Origin: Octopus vulgaris
Taxonomy: Eukaryota
Direction: 5' to 3'
DNA length: 64,000 nucleotides
NCBI GenBank assembly: GCA_951406725.2
Contig: OX597843.1
Coordinates: 20,026,001 to 20,090,000, forward strand
The first letter of the stretch is position 1. Each line of letters starts with the position of its first letter. The notes beneath the pieces are model-generated. The model saw nothing but the letters and a program-made list of their open reading frames with translations, made no database searches and was not told the DNA's origin. The translations under genes and the position numbers were made by a program. Shown here one piece after another: positions 39,952 to 53,173 of the stretch.

Positions 39952-41634
39952 TCAGACAAGTTTTAACATCCAGTCCTCAGAGATTTTCAGGTAGGTGTCT
40001 AGGCCAATTGTAGCAATCTTCATTGTTATTGCCAGTTGTAAAAGTCCACGGCCTCCCTCTTTTCTTGGCAGATAAAGTCGTTCTGTATCTGCCTTAGGGT
40101 GGTGCATTCTATGCATTGTCAACAGTTTTCGTATTTTTCTGTCAAGATTACATATTTCAGTAATTGACCAGTTAACGATATTGAAACAGTAAGTCACGAC
40201 TGGTATGGCTAATGCATTGATCGCTTCGATCCTGTTTCTCGCATTCAGCTCTGTCTTGAGTATTGCTCTTACACTGCGATAGCATTCTCTCCTGATCCTT
40301 TCCTTCATCTCTGAATGCCTTATTCCTTCTCCTTCAATTACCCCTAGATACTTGTAGTTCTCTGCTGGGTCTAATTCTTTTATGACATTCTGCTGGTCAA
40401 GGTTAACGTTAGATGTTTCTGTCATTTTTCCTTTGATAAAGGTAGCTTTTGCGCATTTATCGAGGCCAAATTGCATTCCGATGTCATCACTGAATTGTTT
40501 GACAATCGCTAGTAAGCCCTTGAGTTGTTGGTCATTTTTTGCAAAGAGCTTTAAATCATCCATGTAAACGAGATGATTTATATTTTTATCAAACATTTTA
40601 TACCCGTACTGCGCGTCATTGAGCAGTTTTGAGAGAGGTATTAAGGCTAAACAGAAGAGGAGCGGTGATAGTGAGTCACCCTGGAAAATGCCACATGAAA
40701 TTTTTACATCACCAGCATTTAGAGATTCATTGTCACTGTTCAAAGTTAGTGTGGTTCCCCATGATCTCATACTTACAGACAAAATGTTTCGCAGAGCAGG
40801 TGCTATCTTATACATTTCTAGGCATTTATTAATCCAGCTATGTGGTAGGCTATCAAAAGCCTTTTTATAGTCTATCCAGGCTATTGATAAGTTTTTGTGT
40901 CGTTTGTGACAATCTTCTAAGATCATCTTATTGATGAGTAGTTGATCTTTACAACCGTAGGATCCACGTTTACATCCTTTCTGTTCATTAGGGAATATGC
41001 TGCTGTCTGTCAAAAAACTATAGGTATATTCCGTCAGGACAGATGTTAGTGTTTTATACATAGTTGTTAAGCAGGTTATGGGTCTATAGTTTTTGGGTTC
41101 ATTTGTTTCTTCACTTTTTGGAAGCAGGAATGTTAACCCATTAACTAGCCAAGGAGGCATCCTACTAGGGCGTTGCAAAACATCATTGTAAAGTTCTGCT
41201 AGCAGTTCATGGCTCTCTGGGAAGGCATTCAACCAGAAGTTAGGGATTTTATCCTTTCCTGGAGACTTCCATTTGCTTGACCTCCTGAGAGCAGATCTTA
41301 TATCTTCTACCTTGACACCCTCCCACTTTTGCTCTTCTAAGGAGTCCAGTTCTTTAGATATTCTATCAATCCAGGGGGCCTTTTCGCTGTGTGTTTTTTC
41401 TTCTGCCCAAATTTTATTCCAAAATCCCTGCACTTCTTCTTTTGATGGTACAGACTTTACAGTAACTGTTGTTTCTCCTATCTTCCTGTAAAAATTGTTG
41501 GGGTTATTTTTGAACATGTTGTTGTCCCTGAAGAATCTAATACGCTTTTCATACCTCGCTATGCGGGCAGCTTTAGCAGATACCTTTTGCTTGATGGTTT
41601 CTATGGTGGCATCAATATCAAGTATAGTTTCCAT
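39952..41634 (-). CDS. Reverse transcriptase of R4/Dong-type LINE (560 aa, partial)
   Basis: NYRPITCL, WIDYKKAFDSLPH, GIFQGDSLSPLLF, HLVYMDDLKL, YKYLG, RLYLPRKEGGRGL. Confidence 0.92.
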   Translation of the reverse strand: METILDIDATIETIKQKVSAKAARIARYEKRIRFFRDNNMFKNNPNNFYRKIGETTVTVKSVPSKEEVQGFWNKIWAEEKTHSEKAPWIDRISKELDSLEEQKWEGVKVEDIRSALRRSSKWKSPGKDKIPNFWLNAFPESHELLAELYNDVLQRPSRMPPWLVNGLTFLLPKSEETNEPKNYRPITCLTTMYKTLTSVLTEYTYSFLTDSSIFPNEQKGCKRGSYGCKDQLLINKMILEDCHKRHKNLSIAWIDYKKAFDSLPHSWINKCLEMYKIAPALRNILSVSMRSWGTTLTLNSDNESLNAGDVKISCGIFQGDSLSPLLFCLALIPLSKLLNDAQYGYKMFDKNINHLVYMDDLKLFAKNDQQLKGLLAIVKQFSDDIGMQFGLDKCAKATFIKGKMTETSNVNLDQQNVIKELDPAENYKYLGVIEGEGIRHSEMKERIRRECYRSVRAILKTELNARNRIEAINALAIPVVTYCFNIVNWSITEICNLDRKIRKLLTMHRMHHPKADTERLYLPRKEGGRGLLQLAITMKIATIGLDTYLKISEDWMLKLV

Positions 41635-41644
41635 ATTATATATA

Positions 41645-41681
<37 letters not shown>

Positions 41682-41706
41682 TTTATTAATATTATCATTA
41701 TCATGA

Positions 41707-41784
<78 letters not shown>

Positions 41785-42265
41785 TTGTTGTTGTTATTAT
41801 TATTATTATTAGTATTGTTGTTGTTGTTGTTGTTGTTGTTATTATTAGTATATTTAAATTCTTTCGTCACACATACTATGATCTCCTCATCGACTCTCTG
41901 CTCCACCTGTTTCTTCTTATCCTGCTTAATCCATTATTAAAAATTGTATTTGATATCTACTTTTCTACTGTTTGTCAAGTGGATATTTTCTCAAATAATT
42001 TATACTCGGAACAATTGTACATATATCCCTGGTTAAAACGGAACTTCCCACTTGGTGTGGCTCCTTGTTTTAGTAATTATTTGCAAGTGCTATGATACTT
42101 GTGAAGCTTACTTTCAACGACGCAAATGTCTCGTTTTCACAAATGCAAGTTTATGGTTGCATGAAAAATTCGGACAAGCTGAAGTAGACGGAGTGGGTAG
42201 CGCAGGTCGGGGGTGAACTCCTTATGGATGAGAAGAGGAGAATTGAGAGAGGAATGCATACACAC

Positions 42266-42312
<47 letters not shown>

Positions 42313-42313
<1 letters not shown>

Positions 42314-42710
42314 CTCTTTTACTTGTTTCAGTCATTTGACTGTGGCCATGCTGGAGCACCCCGCCTTTAATCGAGCAACTCGACCCCGGGACTTATTCTT
42401 TGTAAGCCCAGTACTTATTCTATCGGTCTGTTTTTGCCGAACCGCTAAGTGTCGGGGACGTAAACACACCAGCATCGGTTGTCAAGCGATGTTGGATGGG
42501 ACAAACACAAACATACATGCACACACAAATATATATATGCAAATATACGACGGGCTTCTTTCAGTTTCCGTCTACCAAATCCACTCACAAGGCTTTGGTC
42601 GGCCCGAGGCTATAGTAGAAGACACTTTCCCAATGTGCCACACAGTGGGACTGACCCTGGAACCATGTGGTTTGTAAAGAAGCTACTTACCACACAGCCA
42701 CTCCTGCGCC
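42313..42710 (-). mobile_element. Full-length microsatellite-containing tRNA-derived SINE
   Basis: Minus strand GGCGCAGGAGTGGCTGTGTGGTAAG (A box), GGGTCAGTCCCACTG (B-box-like), ending GGTGCTCCAGCATGGCCACAGTCAAATGACTGAAACAAGTAAAAGAG. Confidence 0.85.
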
Positions 42711-42968
42711 TTTATATATATGTATATATATATATATAAAGAGAGAGAGAGAGAGATCTTTCTGTTTCTTTGCCTATCAAACTGCTTATCTAATTATTTA
42801 TCTGTTTCTTTACCTCTCTCTCACCATCCATCCCTCTCTCCCTCTCTCCCTTTCTCTCTCGCCTAACTATCTATCTATTTATCCTTCCATCTGTCTCTCT
42901 ATCTCTCTTTCTCTCGCTCTGTCTCTCTCTTTCAACATATATACGTGTGTGTATGTATATATGAATGC

Positions 42969-43038
<70 letters not shown>

Positions 43039-43201
43039 ATTCATAAATTAAAACAGATTAGGAGATCGAAAATCCACCTGACGAATGTCATTGAAGACAT
43101 GAAACGATTGTAGTGGCGGTTTATTTCTTTATATTAAAATTTTTTATGTATTGATTAAGTCTTTCCTTGTTTGTTTTGCAAAATAGTGGTTTTGTCTCGA
43201 A

Positions 43202-43305
<104 letters not shown>

Positions 43306-44255
43306 GTATATATATAAATATACATGAGGTAGATATACGATGAGATACACACACGCGCACACACACACACACGCACACACACAACACACATGTATGTATG
43401 TACGACAGGCGTCTTTAAGTTTTCGTCAACGTAAACCTCTCACAAGGCTCTGGTAGGCCCGAGGTGTCAGGCAGTGAGCGTCAAATTTTGGCTGTATTCC
43501 TGGCGTGGTGTTATCCCTTACATACCCTTAATTATAATTTTTATAATTAATTAATACCTTTGAGGTTTTCATTCCCATGTTAGCCAACTGATAAGATCGA
43601 TATTTCATGTCTGCGCATCACTAGGCATAGAATACCTGGTCCTCCACTCAGCGGCTGTTGGCAGGCGGAACACGTCCCTTCCGCTAAAACGTGTGTGTGT
43701 GTCTGTGCGTGTGCGAGAGTGTGCGCGCGTGCGTGCCTGTGTATGTGTGTGTGTGCCTGTATGCGTGTGTACGCGTGTGTACGCTTGTGCGAACGTGCGT
43801 GTGCGAGTGCGTGTGAGTATGTGTGTATGTGTATGTCTGTGTGTGTGTGTGTGCGTGTGTTTATGTGTGTGTGTGTGTTTGTCTGTTTGTGTGTGTGTGA
43901 TTTCCCCCTCCACCGCTTGACAACCGGTGCTGGTGTGTTTACGTCACCGCAACCTACCGGTTCGGCCTTACAGGCAGATGAAATATGTGCCAGGCTTACT
44001 TTTTTAAAAAAATATAAGTCCTGGGGTCGGTTTGTTCGTCTAAAATTTTTTCGAGGCGGTGCTCCAGCAAGGCCGCCGTCTAATGACTGAAACAGCTAAA
44101 ATATATTACAAATTAAGATTTGTGGAAAAGGGAGGTAACTCCTAGTAGTTCCCCTTAGATAAAAAAGGGAAGAGTAAATAAGAGAGACAGATAGAGTGAG
44201 AGTGGGAGGGAGAGAGAAAGTAAGAAAGCTAGAATGATTCTGTAAGATGCAATAA

Positions 44256-44289
<34 letters not shown>

Positions 44290-44639
44290 AGGAAAAGACT
44301 GAGAGGGAGAGCGAGAAAGTGGGGGGGTTCAGGCAGCTTGCGACCATGAAATGTGTCTGTATATGGGTGCGGCTGTGTGGTGACACACTTGCTTCCCAAC
44401 CACATGGTTCCCAGTTCAGTTCCACTGGATGGCAGCATGGGAAAGTGTCTTCTTCTATTGCCTTGGGCCGACCAAAGCTTTGTGAGTGGATTTGGTAGAC
44501 GGAAACTGAAAGAAGCCCGTCGCATGTGCGCATGTGTGCGCACGCGAGTGTTTGTGTAAGTGTGTGTGTGTGTGTTTGTGCTTAGTGAGAGAGTTCGAGT
44601 ATCAGCTGAGAGAGAAAACAGACGCTTCTAAATAAGAAT

Positions 44640-45280
44640 TTTCATTTCAGGGTACTTGGCTGTTATTTCTAGCATCATGAGAGACTACCTATGGGACAAT
44701 ATTTTTACGGATGCTACTTCAAGTAGACTCCATTTGCTTATGAAATACAAATTACAGGGTACCTGGCTGATGTTTTTAACATAAAGCCACACCATCCGTG
44801 GGGTAATATTTTGACAGACGATTCTTCAATTGTCCTTTACTCTCATATGAAGGAAATTGCAATTTTCCAGGTACTTGGCTGTTATCTTTAGCATAATGTG
44901 AGAGTACTCGCAAGACAATATTTGTACAGAGGATTGTTCATTTCATTCAATCTTTCATGACAACAATGCAATTTCAGTGTACTTGGCTGTTATTTCTAGC
45001 ATAGTGTGAAACCACTTGTATGACGACATTTACAGATGCTTCGAAAAGGGTCCTTCAATGTTATGTGAAAGACAACGCAATTTTCAGAACACTTCGCTGT
45101 TATTTCTAGCATGACTTGAGAACACCTGCATGACAATATTTTTACAGAGCTTCTTAATATATCGTTCAAATACTTCTTAAAGTATCCTCCGGTGTTATAT
45201 GAAAGACATCGCAAGTTTCAGGCCACTTGGCTGTTATTTCTAGCGTGACATTAGACCACCTACAAAACAGTATTTTTATT
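44640..45280. repeat. Degenerate tandem repeat of about 110 bp, about 6 copies
   Basis: TTTCAGGGTACTTGGCTGTTATTTCTAGCAT-like anchor near 44645, 44752, 44865, 44971, 45081 and 45216. Confidence 0.8.
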
Positions 45281-45538
45281 GGCTGCGTGATAAGAAGCTT
45301 GTTTTCCAACCACGCGCTTCCAAGTTCAGTCTCACTGCCTGACACCTGGGGCCTACCAGAGCCTTTTGAGAGGTTTTCCTTGACGAAAAATTAAAGACGC
45401 CTGTCGTACATACACACATGTGTGTTGTGTGTGTGGTGTGTGTGTGTGTGCGTGTGTGTATCTTGTCGTATATCTACCTATCTATCTATCTGTCTATCTA
45501 TCCACACACACACACACACGCGCGCACACACACTACGC

Positions 45539-45636
<98 letters not shown>

Positions 45637-45644
45637 TCTCGTTA

Positions 45645-46030
45645 TTGATATAGGGTAAAAAATTATTAATTTATAATTAATAAATTTCACCAAGTAGTTT
45701 CGGTATGGAAAGGAACCATATTCGGTAAAAACTTATACAGGAAGTTTTATATATAATTATAACAATAATTAAGGGTTTAGCAATAAGTTGCTTAACCACA
45801 TACCGAAAAATTTGGAAATAGCAGCCAAAAGACCGTTATTTCTTTTCGCTACAAAATATGCCTCCATAGATAACCCTCTCTGTAACACACACAGGCAAAA
45901 AAGAAGGAAAATAATGTAATCAAACAGTCTTCGGTTAATTATGGACGCGTTTCTGGATTAGAATTATAAAACTCATTTCCTTATCAACATAATATTCCGA
46001 TAGTTATAAATTAGAAAATGCCAGAAAACT
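45645..46030 (-). mobile_element. Probable PLE terminal-repeat fragment with the 3' half of an HHR
   Basis: Minus-strand GAAACGCGTC (about 45953-45944) with palindromic stem III and no CTGANGA upstream. The tail is similar to 8320-8487 and ends at (TA)n. Confidence 0.5.
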
Positions 46031-46074
46031 TACCCTTTGCATTTCTGACCAAGCGACATCAGAACATTACACAA

Positions 46075-46662
46075 GGCAGTTAGCATATCCGAGGTGTCAG
46101 ATGCGTGGGTTTTTGCCGAACAACTGTTGTCAAGTGGAGGAAGAGTGCTGCTGACGACTGAATCTATAGTGAAAATTAACCCGCCGGATTTCTTAACGAA
46201 AGAAGATAAGAATTGTTTTCTCTCTGTGGTAGCAACTGCGAAACAGGTTGTATGGAAAGATAAGGACGAGAGGGTTGATGTCAGCCAACTTCATCTCTGG
46301 ACCTGGTCTGGTCTCGTGAATTTCTTCATATTCCATCTAAAATGAGAAATAGGGCTGGAGAGGAGATGCCTGAGTAAGAAAGTGTTTGATGAAAGATGGA
46401 AGAACGTTGCGTATAAATGGTCCCTCGTGGATGCGAGATAAGTTAAAATAAAACTGAGGTCAGTGGTGAAGCGGCGTTCGTGGGGTCCGTATAAAACCCG
46501 CCCCACTCCATTTGTAAAAACTTTCATTGTGCATGTCTAGTCATTCGATAATTTATATAATCATGTAAAATTTTTAATTGACCCCAATTGCTCTACATCG
46601 TCAAATCATTCGTGATTGTGTTGTCATTTTCTTTGTATCGCCTGTATAGGTAATAACAAATT
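46075..46662 (+). mobile_element. Probable 3' end of an L1/Tx1-type LINE
   Basis: FLSVVATAKQVVW..FDERWKNV resembles the ORF2 C-terminus; T-rich 3' UTR ending in AATAACAAA. Confidence 0.55.
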
Positions 46663-46668
46663 ATAGAG

Positions 46669-48306
46669 CACAGTTTAAGCTCCCGTTCAGACGTGTTTTT
46701 TTGAGCTCGAGAGTAATTGTTTTGTTTGGTTTGCTTTTGTTAAAAATACTTGTTAATTGCCGTTGTTTGAACTTTGGTTGTCTTTTTTTGTGACAGACAA
46801 AAATGCAGTTGTTCCCCTCCGTAAGGAGGGGAAAAGAATTACATTTGTACAAAAAATATTTCTGTTTGGAAAAAAATTATGAATAGTGAAGACACGTCGT
46901 CTTCCAGTTCAACTATTGAAGATTCGTCTTCGAAAAGAATGAATATTAACAAAAGCACAGACTCAGACAAAAAGGATACCCAAAACGTAAACCAAAAAAC
47001 GTACAACTTCGCAGCTGCGGCCGGACTTAAGAGAGAAGTCCTACGCATTGATAACAATGAACTTATGAAACACAAAGATATGTATACCAGGGAGGGGACT
47101 GACGCAAGGGCCACCCTCCCAAATGAAATTATTAAGAAAACACAACAGATAATGTACAAGTCATTTATGATAAAAGAAAAAAATAGAAAAAGCAACGAAC
47201 GAACAAGTTGAGAGGTGTCTGCAACCAATTTGGCAGGGCATCGAATACATAACATGAGGAAAAACTATGCAACCATAGCAGTTTACTTCAAAGAAGAAGA
47301 AAAGGCAAAACTACATTCACTACAACCAATAAAAACAAACGAAATTATTTTAATGCCGTCATACCTAGGAAGAAGAACCGCCAAAATAAAAATAGAAGAA
47401 ATACCACCAGAAATGGAAGTAACATGCTTCCAGCCTTATTAATGGGACTGGAGGAAAAAATAACCATCATAGAAGTGGCAAAAATACAAAAACAAAACTG
47501 GCGGAGCCAGAGTCTAGAAGTGACTATTCAGGCGTCCCCAGAAACCCTGGAGGAAATAGTGGAAAATATCCACTTCAGCGAAGAAATCACATTGCGAGTG
47601 GTGGTAGAGGGGCGAAAACCCCGTTGCTATGAATGTGGCGAAAAAGGATACATTCAAGTAGACTGCCCCACCCGCAACGAGAAAGAAGAAAAAGGGGAAA
47701 AGAAGCAGAAGAAAATAAACAGAAAGAAAAACAACAGGACTCCGGCACTAAGCAGGCCGAAGAAGAAACAGACTTTGTTCCGGTAAGACAAAAGAAAACA
47801 CCAAAGAGGAGGAACAACGACTTAACCCCCCCCCCCCCCAGCACAAACAAGAAAAAAAACACCACAGCAAACACACAGAAAAAACCACCCCACCACAGTT
47901 CCCCACAGAAGTCAAAAAATGTAAACTCCCCCATCCAATTCCGGATACCCGACGGAACGCCCACCTCCCCGCAGTGTTGAACAATTTCCTCCCCTCCCAG
48001 ACTCCACTCCCCGTCCACCCCACCAACTAGTCCTCAGAGATGGTTTATATCGCCGTCAACAAGGAAAATGACCAGTCAATGAAAAGCATTGAAAGGATTC
48101 CAACAGCAGAACAATTCCTAAACCACCGAACATTGCCAAAACACATTGACATTTTTAGGTTAGACAGGTTGAACTTTAACATTTTACGAGCAAATTTTAA
48201 TTCGGACATATGTGGTCCTAGACTGGATTATAATGAATCCTTGTATAAGGGCCTATGTCGAGAAACCACCCCACGAACCCCGGAAAAAGGAAAGACGACC
48301 GAATAA
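46669..48306 (+). mobile_element. L1/Tx1-type LINE 5' end and ORF1 (gag-like, degenerate)
   Basis: 5' end CACAGTTT..GACGTGTTT similar to 21135; VVEGRKPRCYECGEKGYIQVDCP zinc knuckle (H to Y); K/E- and P/T-rich tail. Confidence 0.75.
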
Positions 48307-48419
48307 GGTAAGTCTTATTCTATCAGTCACTTTTGCCGAACCGCTTATTTACGGGGATGTAAACACACCAGCATTAGTTGCCAAGCGATGTTGGGGGGAC
48401 AAACACAGACACACAAGCA

Positions 48420-49166
48420 GAGTGGACTTAGTGCTTTTTATGTGGCACAAGCACAGGTGAGGTCAATTTTGGCAAGGTTTTTACAGCTGAATGCCCTTCA
48501 CAACACCAACCATTTTACAGTGTGGACTGGGTGATTTTTTAAGTGGCACCTGCATTGCCAGGGTGACTAAGTACATGCATGACAAAAAACATCTAAGAGG
48601 GGAGGAGGTGATGATGAAAAGGTTATAATGAGACAGATATAGGCATCTTGCTGAAGAGGAAGTACAAGGTTACCCGGCCGGAGAGAGAAAGTTCAAGAAT
48701 GAAGACAGAAACAGGAGTGCTATCACAAAGAAAATACACAGTTGCTCAACCTTAGGGAAGTGCAGGAGAGAGAGACAGAGACAGAGAGAGAGAGACAGAG
48801 AGAGAGAGAGAAAGAGAAAGAAAGAGAGAGAGTGTATTGGGTGGGGAGGTAGCAGGGCGGAGATGATGGCAAACTGCTGGTCATGCTCACAAGGAACGGA
48901 GTTCAGAGTACAAATGAGATGGTTGAGTGAAGGAAGAGAGAGAAATATAAACAGCAGCAAGTGCCAGGGCATAGCCTTGAGGTTCAAATGCCATAATATA
49001 AGTGACCGGATATTGTGAAGGAAGAGCAAGTAAGTGGTGAAAGACCTGGGTATATATAATGTAAGAAGGAGCTACTGGATGGCAACGATGCATAGAAACA
49101 GGGGGGTGAGGAGAGAACTGGGGAGTGAGGGCTAAGCAAGGAGAGAGAGAGAGCTAGGCAATGGGA

Positions 49167-49199
<33 letters not shown>

Positions 49200-49760
49200 C
49201 TAGGCATAGTGAATGAAGGAGGAAATGCTAGAAAGAGATGTAAATTGGTTTGTTGAGGTAGGGTGAAGGACAAGTTTTCTTGTTACGTGTGGAACACCCA
49301 GGTCGGAGGCCGGCAGATGCCAATAATAGGGGGAGACATGGCATGTGGGTCGCACGCACAGGTCAGGGTCAAGCAGAGGGCAATGGTAAAGTGGAACCAG
49401 GTCAAGGGGACCAAGATTAGGGAGTGGGAGGTAAGCATGGAGCATAAAGTAGAAATGTGAGGAAGCGATGTATAGATGAAATTTGGTTCGTTGTGGCAGA
49501 ATGTGTGAGAAGTTCTCTACACAGTGCTTCCAGAACTCAGTTTTGCTGATGTGGGTGGGTCTTCTCAAGGAATTCATATCGCCAGACATCTTGGTCCATG
49601 GTCATTTCTTCTGTGAGGGCCAGCTTCCTGAGATCATTCCTAATCACTTGATGCCGTGTCTTCCTGGGTCTCCCACTTCCACAGGTACCATCCACTTTCA
49701 ATGATCAGCTCTTCTTTATGCAGCTGTCCTCATTCATACGCATCACATGTCCATTATAAG
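48420..49760 (-). mobile_element. RTE-clade LINE 3' end and long 3' UTR (degenerate)
   Basis: GHVMRMNEDSCIKK..VDGTCGSGRPRKT at 49540-49760; 3' motif GGTTGGTGTTGTGAAGGGCATTCAGCTGTAAAAACC near 48480-48515. Confidence 0.65.
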
Positions 49761-49959
49761 CAATGTAAATATTCTACAACAGATGATAATAATAATAATA
49801 ATGAAATCAATGTATACAGTGCTCAGGTGCACCACAACTTGTCAAAAGTGCGTATAAAGCGTATAAAACATATCCTACTGATAGCAAGAGGTATTTTTCT
49901 GCGACATCCTGTATAAGCACGTCAACACTTTCTACAGGGAGAAATTCCTATGTCAGAGA

Positions 49960-50140
49960 AATTCTGGAACTTCTGGCACTCTCATAACCTCGTTTGGTCC
50001 TCACAACTTGAATTTATTCCTAAGACCAACTGCTGCAACCAATTCATTTAATTTCCTGAAGACATCACTCAAACCACAGATGGTGGCTCATGGGTGGTTG
50101 TTATGCATTTCGACATCACCAGAACCTTTAATTCTGTGCC
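49960..50140 (+). pseudogene. CR1-group RT fragment
   Basis: SQLEFIPKTNCCNQ..EDIT..VVVMHFDITRTFNSVP (cf. VDVIYLDFAKAFDSVP); bracketed by a direct repeat of about 50 bp at 49800 and 50240. Confidence 0.55.
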
Positions 50141-50321
50141 AAAACCATTGCTTGTTGAGTATTGCGGAGACAATAAAGTGAACGTTGCCTTTACTTGCTC
50201 TCCTCCTTCTCACCTGCCATATTTCAATCATAGATTATATAATAAGGAAATCAATGTATACAGTGCTCAGGTGCACCACAACTTGTCAAAGATAGACTTG
50301 ATTTTTCTTCCTCAAAGTCAT

Positions 50322-50690
50322 TTATCCACTCAGTCGAAGTCGACTCTCGGTTACTCGTTGGATCAGTGTCCTCCAGTCAGTTCTATCCTGGGCCGCTTCT
50401 TTCAGACTGGCTATGTCCATTCCGGTATCACTCCTGATGGTGTCAAGCCAGCGGGTTCTTGGTCGGCCTCTTCCTCTCTTGCCACTGACCATTCCGAGCA
50501 TGATGTCCTTCTCCAGGGATTTTCTCTGCATAATATGACCAAAATATGCCAATCTATGCTTGGTGATCCTAGCTTCTTGCGACATTTTCGGCCTGATCTG
50601 CTTAAGAATTTCTCCATTGGTGAGCCTCGCTGTCCATGGAATCCGTAAATGTCTTCTCCAACACCAAAGCTCAAAGTAATACAAAACCAT
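50322..50690 (-). mobile_element. RTE/BovB-like LINE 3' end
   Basis: FELWCWRRHLRIPWTARLTN, LAYFGHIMQR..LEKDIMLG..GKRGRGRPRTRWLD. Confidence 0.9.
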
Positions 50691-50759
50691 AAGTTACTGT
50701 TTATAAGCTTTATTTGGAATATATTTTGTTTAAATTTAATTTATATTTATAAAAGTGAC

Positions 50760-51320
50760 CACTTGCAGAAAATAGCAAAAAAAGAAACAAAACATGCTGC
50801 GTTGGTGAAGAATTTTTGTTGCCAGGAGAAATGAAAACCACAGAAATTATTAATGGCAAAAACAAATGCAGGTTAATCGAAGAAAGTTTGTCTCTCCAAT
50901 AATATTGTTGGTAGTTGTATTCCAGACATTAATGATGATTAATTGGAGAAAATTACTGGAAGATTTGAAAAAGCTTTCTAAATATGGAATTCAATTAGAC
51001 GCAATGACTAAAATTAATATGGAACAGGGCCCACGAAGGCCCATTGTTCTGTCGATTGTTAGATGGAAATTATTTTTCAAAAAGTAGATGACTGTTTCAG
51101 AGAAATAGGCCTTGGGTTGTATGACTGTATTGGATTAAGTAATTAAGGTGCAGCAGCTGTGATAGGGAGACAAATAGGGGTTCAAGTTAAATCTGCATGA
51201 TAAAATCCTATTTATTTTGCTCATTGCATGATTCTCTGAGATGTATTTGTGTCTAAGAAAATTTCTGCAGATCTAAATGCAGTATCACAAGATGCAGAGA
51301 AATAATGCAAATTCAAGGCA
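50760..51320 (+). pseudogene. hAT (Buster/Charlie-like) transposase remnant
   Basis: LSNNIV, YGIQLDAMT (cf. FALQLDEST), DCIGLSN*GAAAVIG (cf. CTDGAxAMxG), AHCMIL..SKKISADLNAV. Confidence 0.7.
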
Positions 51321-52362
51321 GTTGGCTGTTGTTTCTAATAGAATGTAAGACCACCTATAGTGGAATATTTCTGCAGATGTCTCTTGAAATGTGCTTCACT
51401 TTTTTTTAACCAAAAGTACAGGGAAACCAGTGACACCCAGCTCAGTATGACTCCCTTCCGTAAAACCCTGTCTATACAATCGTTCTTTAGCAGAAAGTTG
51501 GAGGGTCACTCAGACACAATGTCTAAGAGAATCTTGCTTTCTACACTGAGAAGGGGATGACTCGACATAGGTTGATAATCTCGGCCCTTGTCTCCTTCGG
51601 TATATTCATCCCTTCAATGTATGTCTGTGACTGGGTAACCTATCTTCTCCTCCAGGTTATATGTAGGACCCTCCACACCCGATAGAGTAGCTTCCAGCAG
51701 TTCTTATAGACATTTAAACCTCAATTATGCTGTGATAAATCTCACCATCCTCATCCCTTTTCCCATTTCACTGATGCTCGGCTCCTTCAGATTCCATTCC
51801 ATTGTTGGTTCTGGCAGCCTAAGCAGTAACTTGCCAGAACCCAGCAGCTGGTCCCTCCTGATGTCACTATAAGTGCACGTGAAGGGGTTGTTGATAGAAT
51901 CTTTACAAACAGATTAAGTGTCCCCCTCCTCTTGTCAACATATACGGGTTTGCCAGAAATGCGGGTATCTACCTTGTCCTCTCTCTCCGCTTCTTCCTGC
52001 GTCACTCTGGCCAGAATGAGGAATTCCTCCCTGAAAATCACCACAACATATGGAAGACCAGTCTTTTCCACCCATCTGCTTCCTAGAACTATTTCCTAAT
52101 TTCTAACATAATCACAAAATTTCAATCGATGATGCGGGGCATCATCGATAAAATCGACCCAGGAATGCGATTGGTGCATTATTCCATTGTCCAGGGAAGA
52201 ACGAAAGACAAAAGTTGACTTGGACCAGCTTAGAACCTAAATTTCTGCCTTAGCAAATTTTATTAAAAGACTAAGGGAAATAACTCTCTTCTCTGCAAGA
52301 GTTATGTACCTTCCACTATAAAATCTGTGTTTGCTTTTCACGTCATCAAAAACGTATGCGGT

Positions 52363-52935
52363 CTAAGGTGGCGAGCCGATAGAGACGTTAGCACGCCGGA
52401 CGAAATGCCTAGCGGTATTTCGTCTGCCGTTACGTTCTGAGTTCAAATTCCGCCGAGGTCGACTTTGCCTTTCATCCTTTCGGGGTCGATTAAATAAGTA
52501 CCAGTTACGCACTGGGTCGATGTAATCGACTTAATCCGTTTGTCTGTCCTTGTTTGTCCTCTGTGTTTAGCCCCTTGTGGGTAGAAAGAAATAGGTATTT
52601 CTTCTGCCGTTACGTGCTGAGTTCAAATTCCGCCGAAGTCACTTTGACTTTCATCCTTTCGGGGTCGATTAAATAAGTACCAGTTACGCACTGGGGTCTA
52701 TATAATCGACTTATTCCGTGTGTCTGTCCTTGTTTGTTCCCTCTGTGTTTAACCCCTTGTGAGTAGTAAAGAATTAGGTATTTCGTCTGTCGCTATGTTC
52801 TGAGTTCAAATTCCGCCGAGGTCAACTTCGCCTTTCCTCATTTCGTGCTTGAGTACCTCTTGAGTACTGGGGTCGATGTAAACGCCTCTCCCGCTCCCCT
52901 CAATTTCAGGCATAAGTAGAAAGGATTATTATTCT
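52363..52935 (+). mobile_element. Head-to-tail SINE array (3 cores) with (ATT) tail
   Basis: Cores at about 52438, 52618 and 52801; ends AGAAAGGATTATTATT. Confidence 0.85.
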
Positions 52936-53085
52936 TATTCTATGAAGAGGTCACAGGATGCGAGACGGAAGATTTCCGGACAAAGGACATGAAATGAAAA
53001 GAATTTCGCATTATTCATTCGCTTTTGAAAAGTCTTGTGAGTGGAGTTCGTTGACGGACACTGAAAGAAGCCCGTCATAAGCAAT

Positions 53086-53173
<88 letters not shown>

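Larger units (their letters stand above)
38122..41640 (-). mobile_element. R4/Dong-type LINE, family A copy 2 (5'-truncated, nearly intact)
   Basis: Same order as 12101-15630: ORF, 3' UTR, (AAT)n, 540-bp module, (AAT)n. The ORF has one in-frame TGA at 39952 and one frameshift near 39710. Confidence 0.92.

Noticed and set aside
44640-45280. CRISPR-like regularly spaced motif
   Set aside because: The intervening sequences are homologous to each other, so this is an old tandem repeat.
51380-52080. Possible RTE fragment on the minus strand (DRVLRKGVILSW)
   Set aside because: Too degenerate to call without an alignment.
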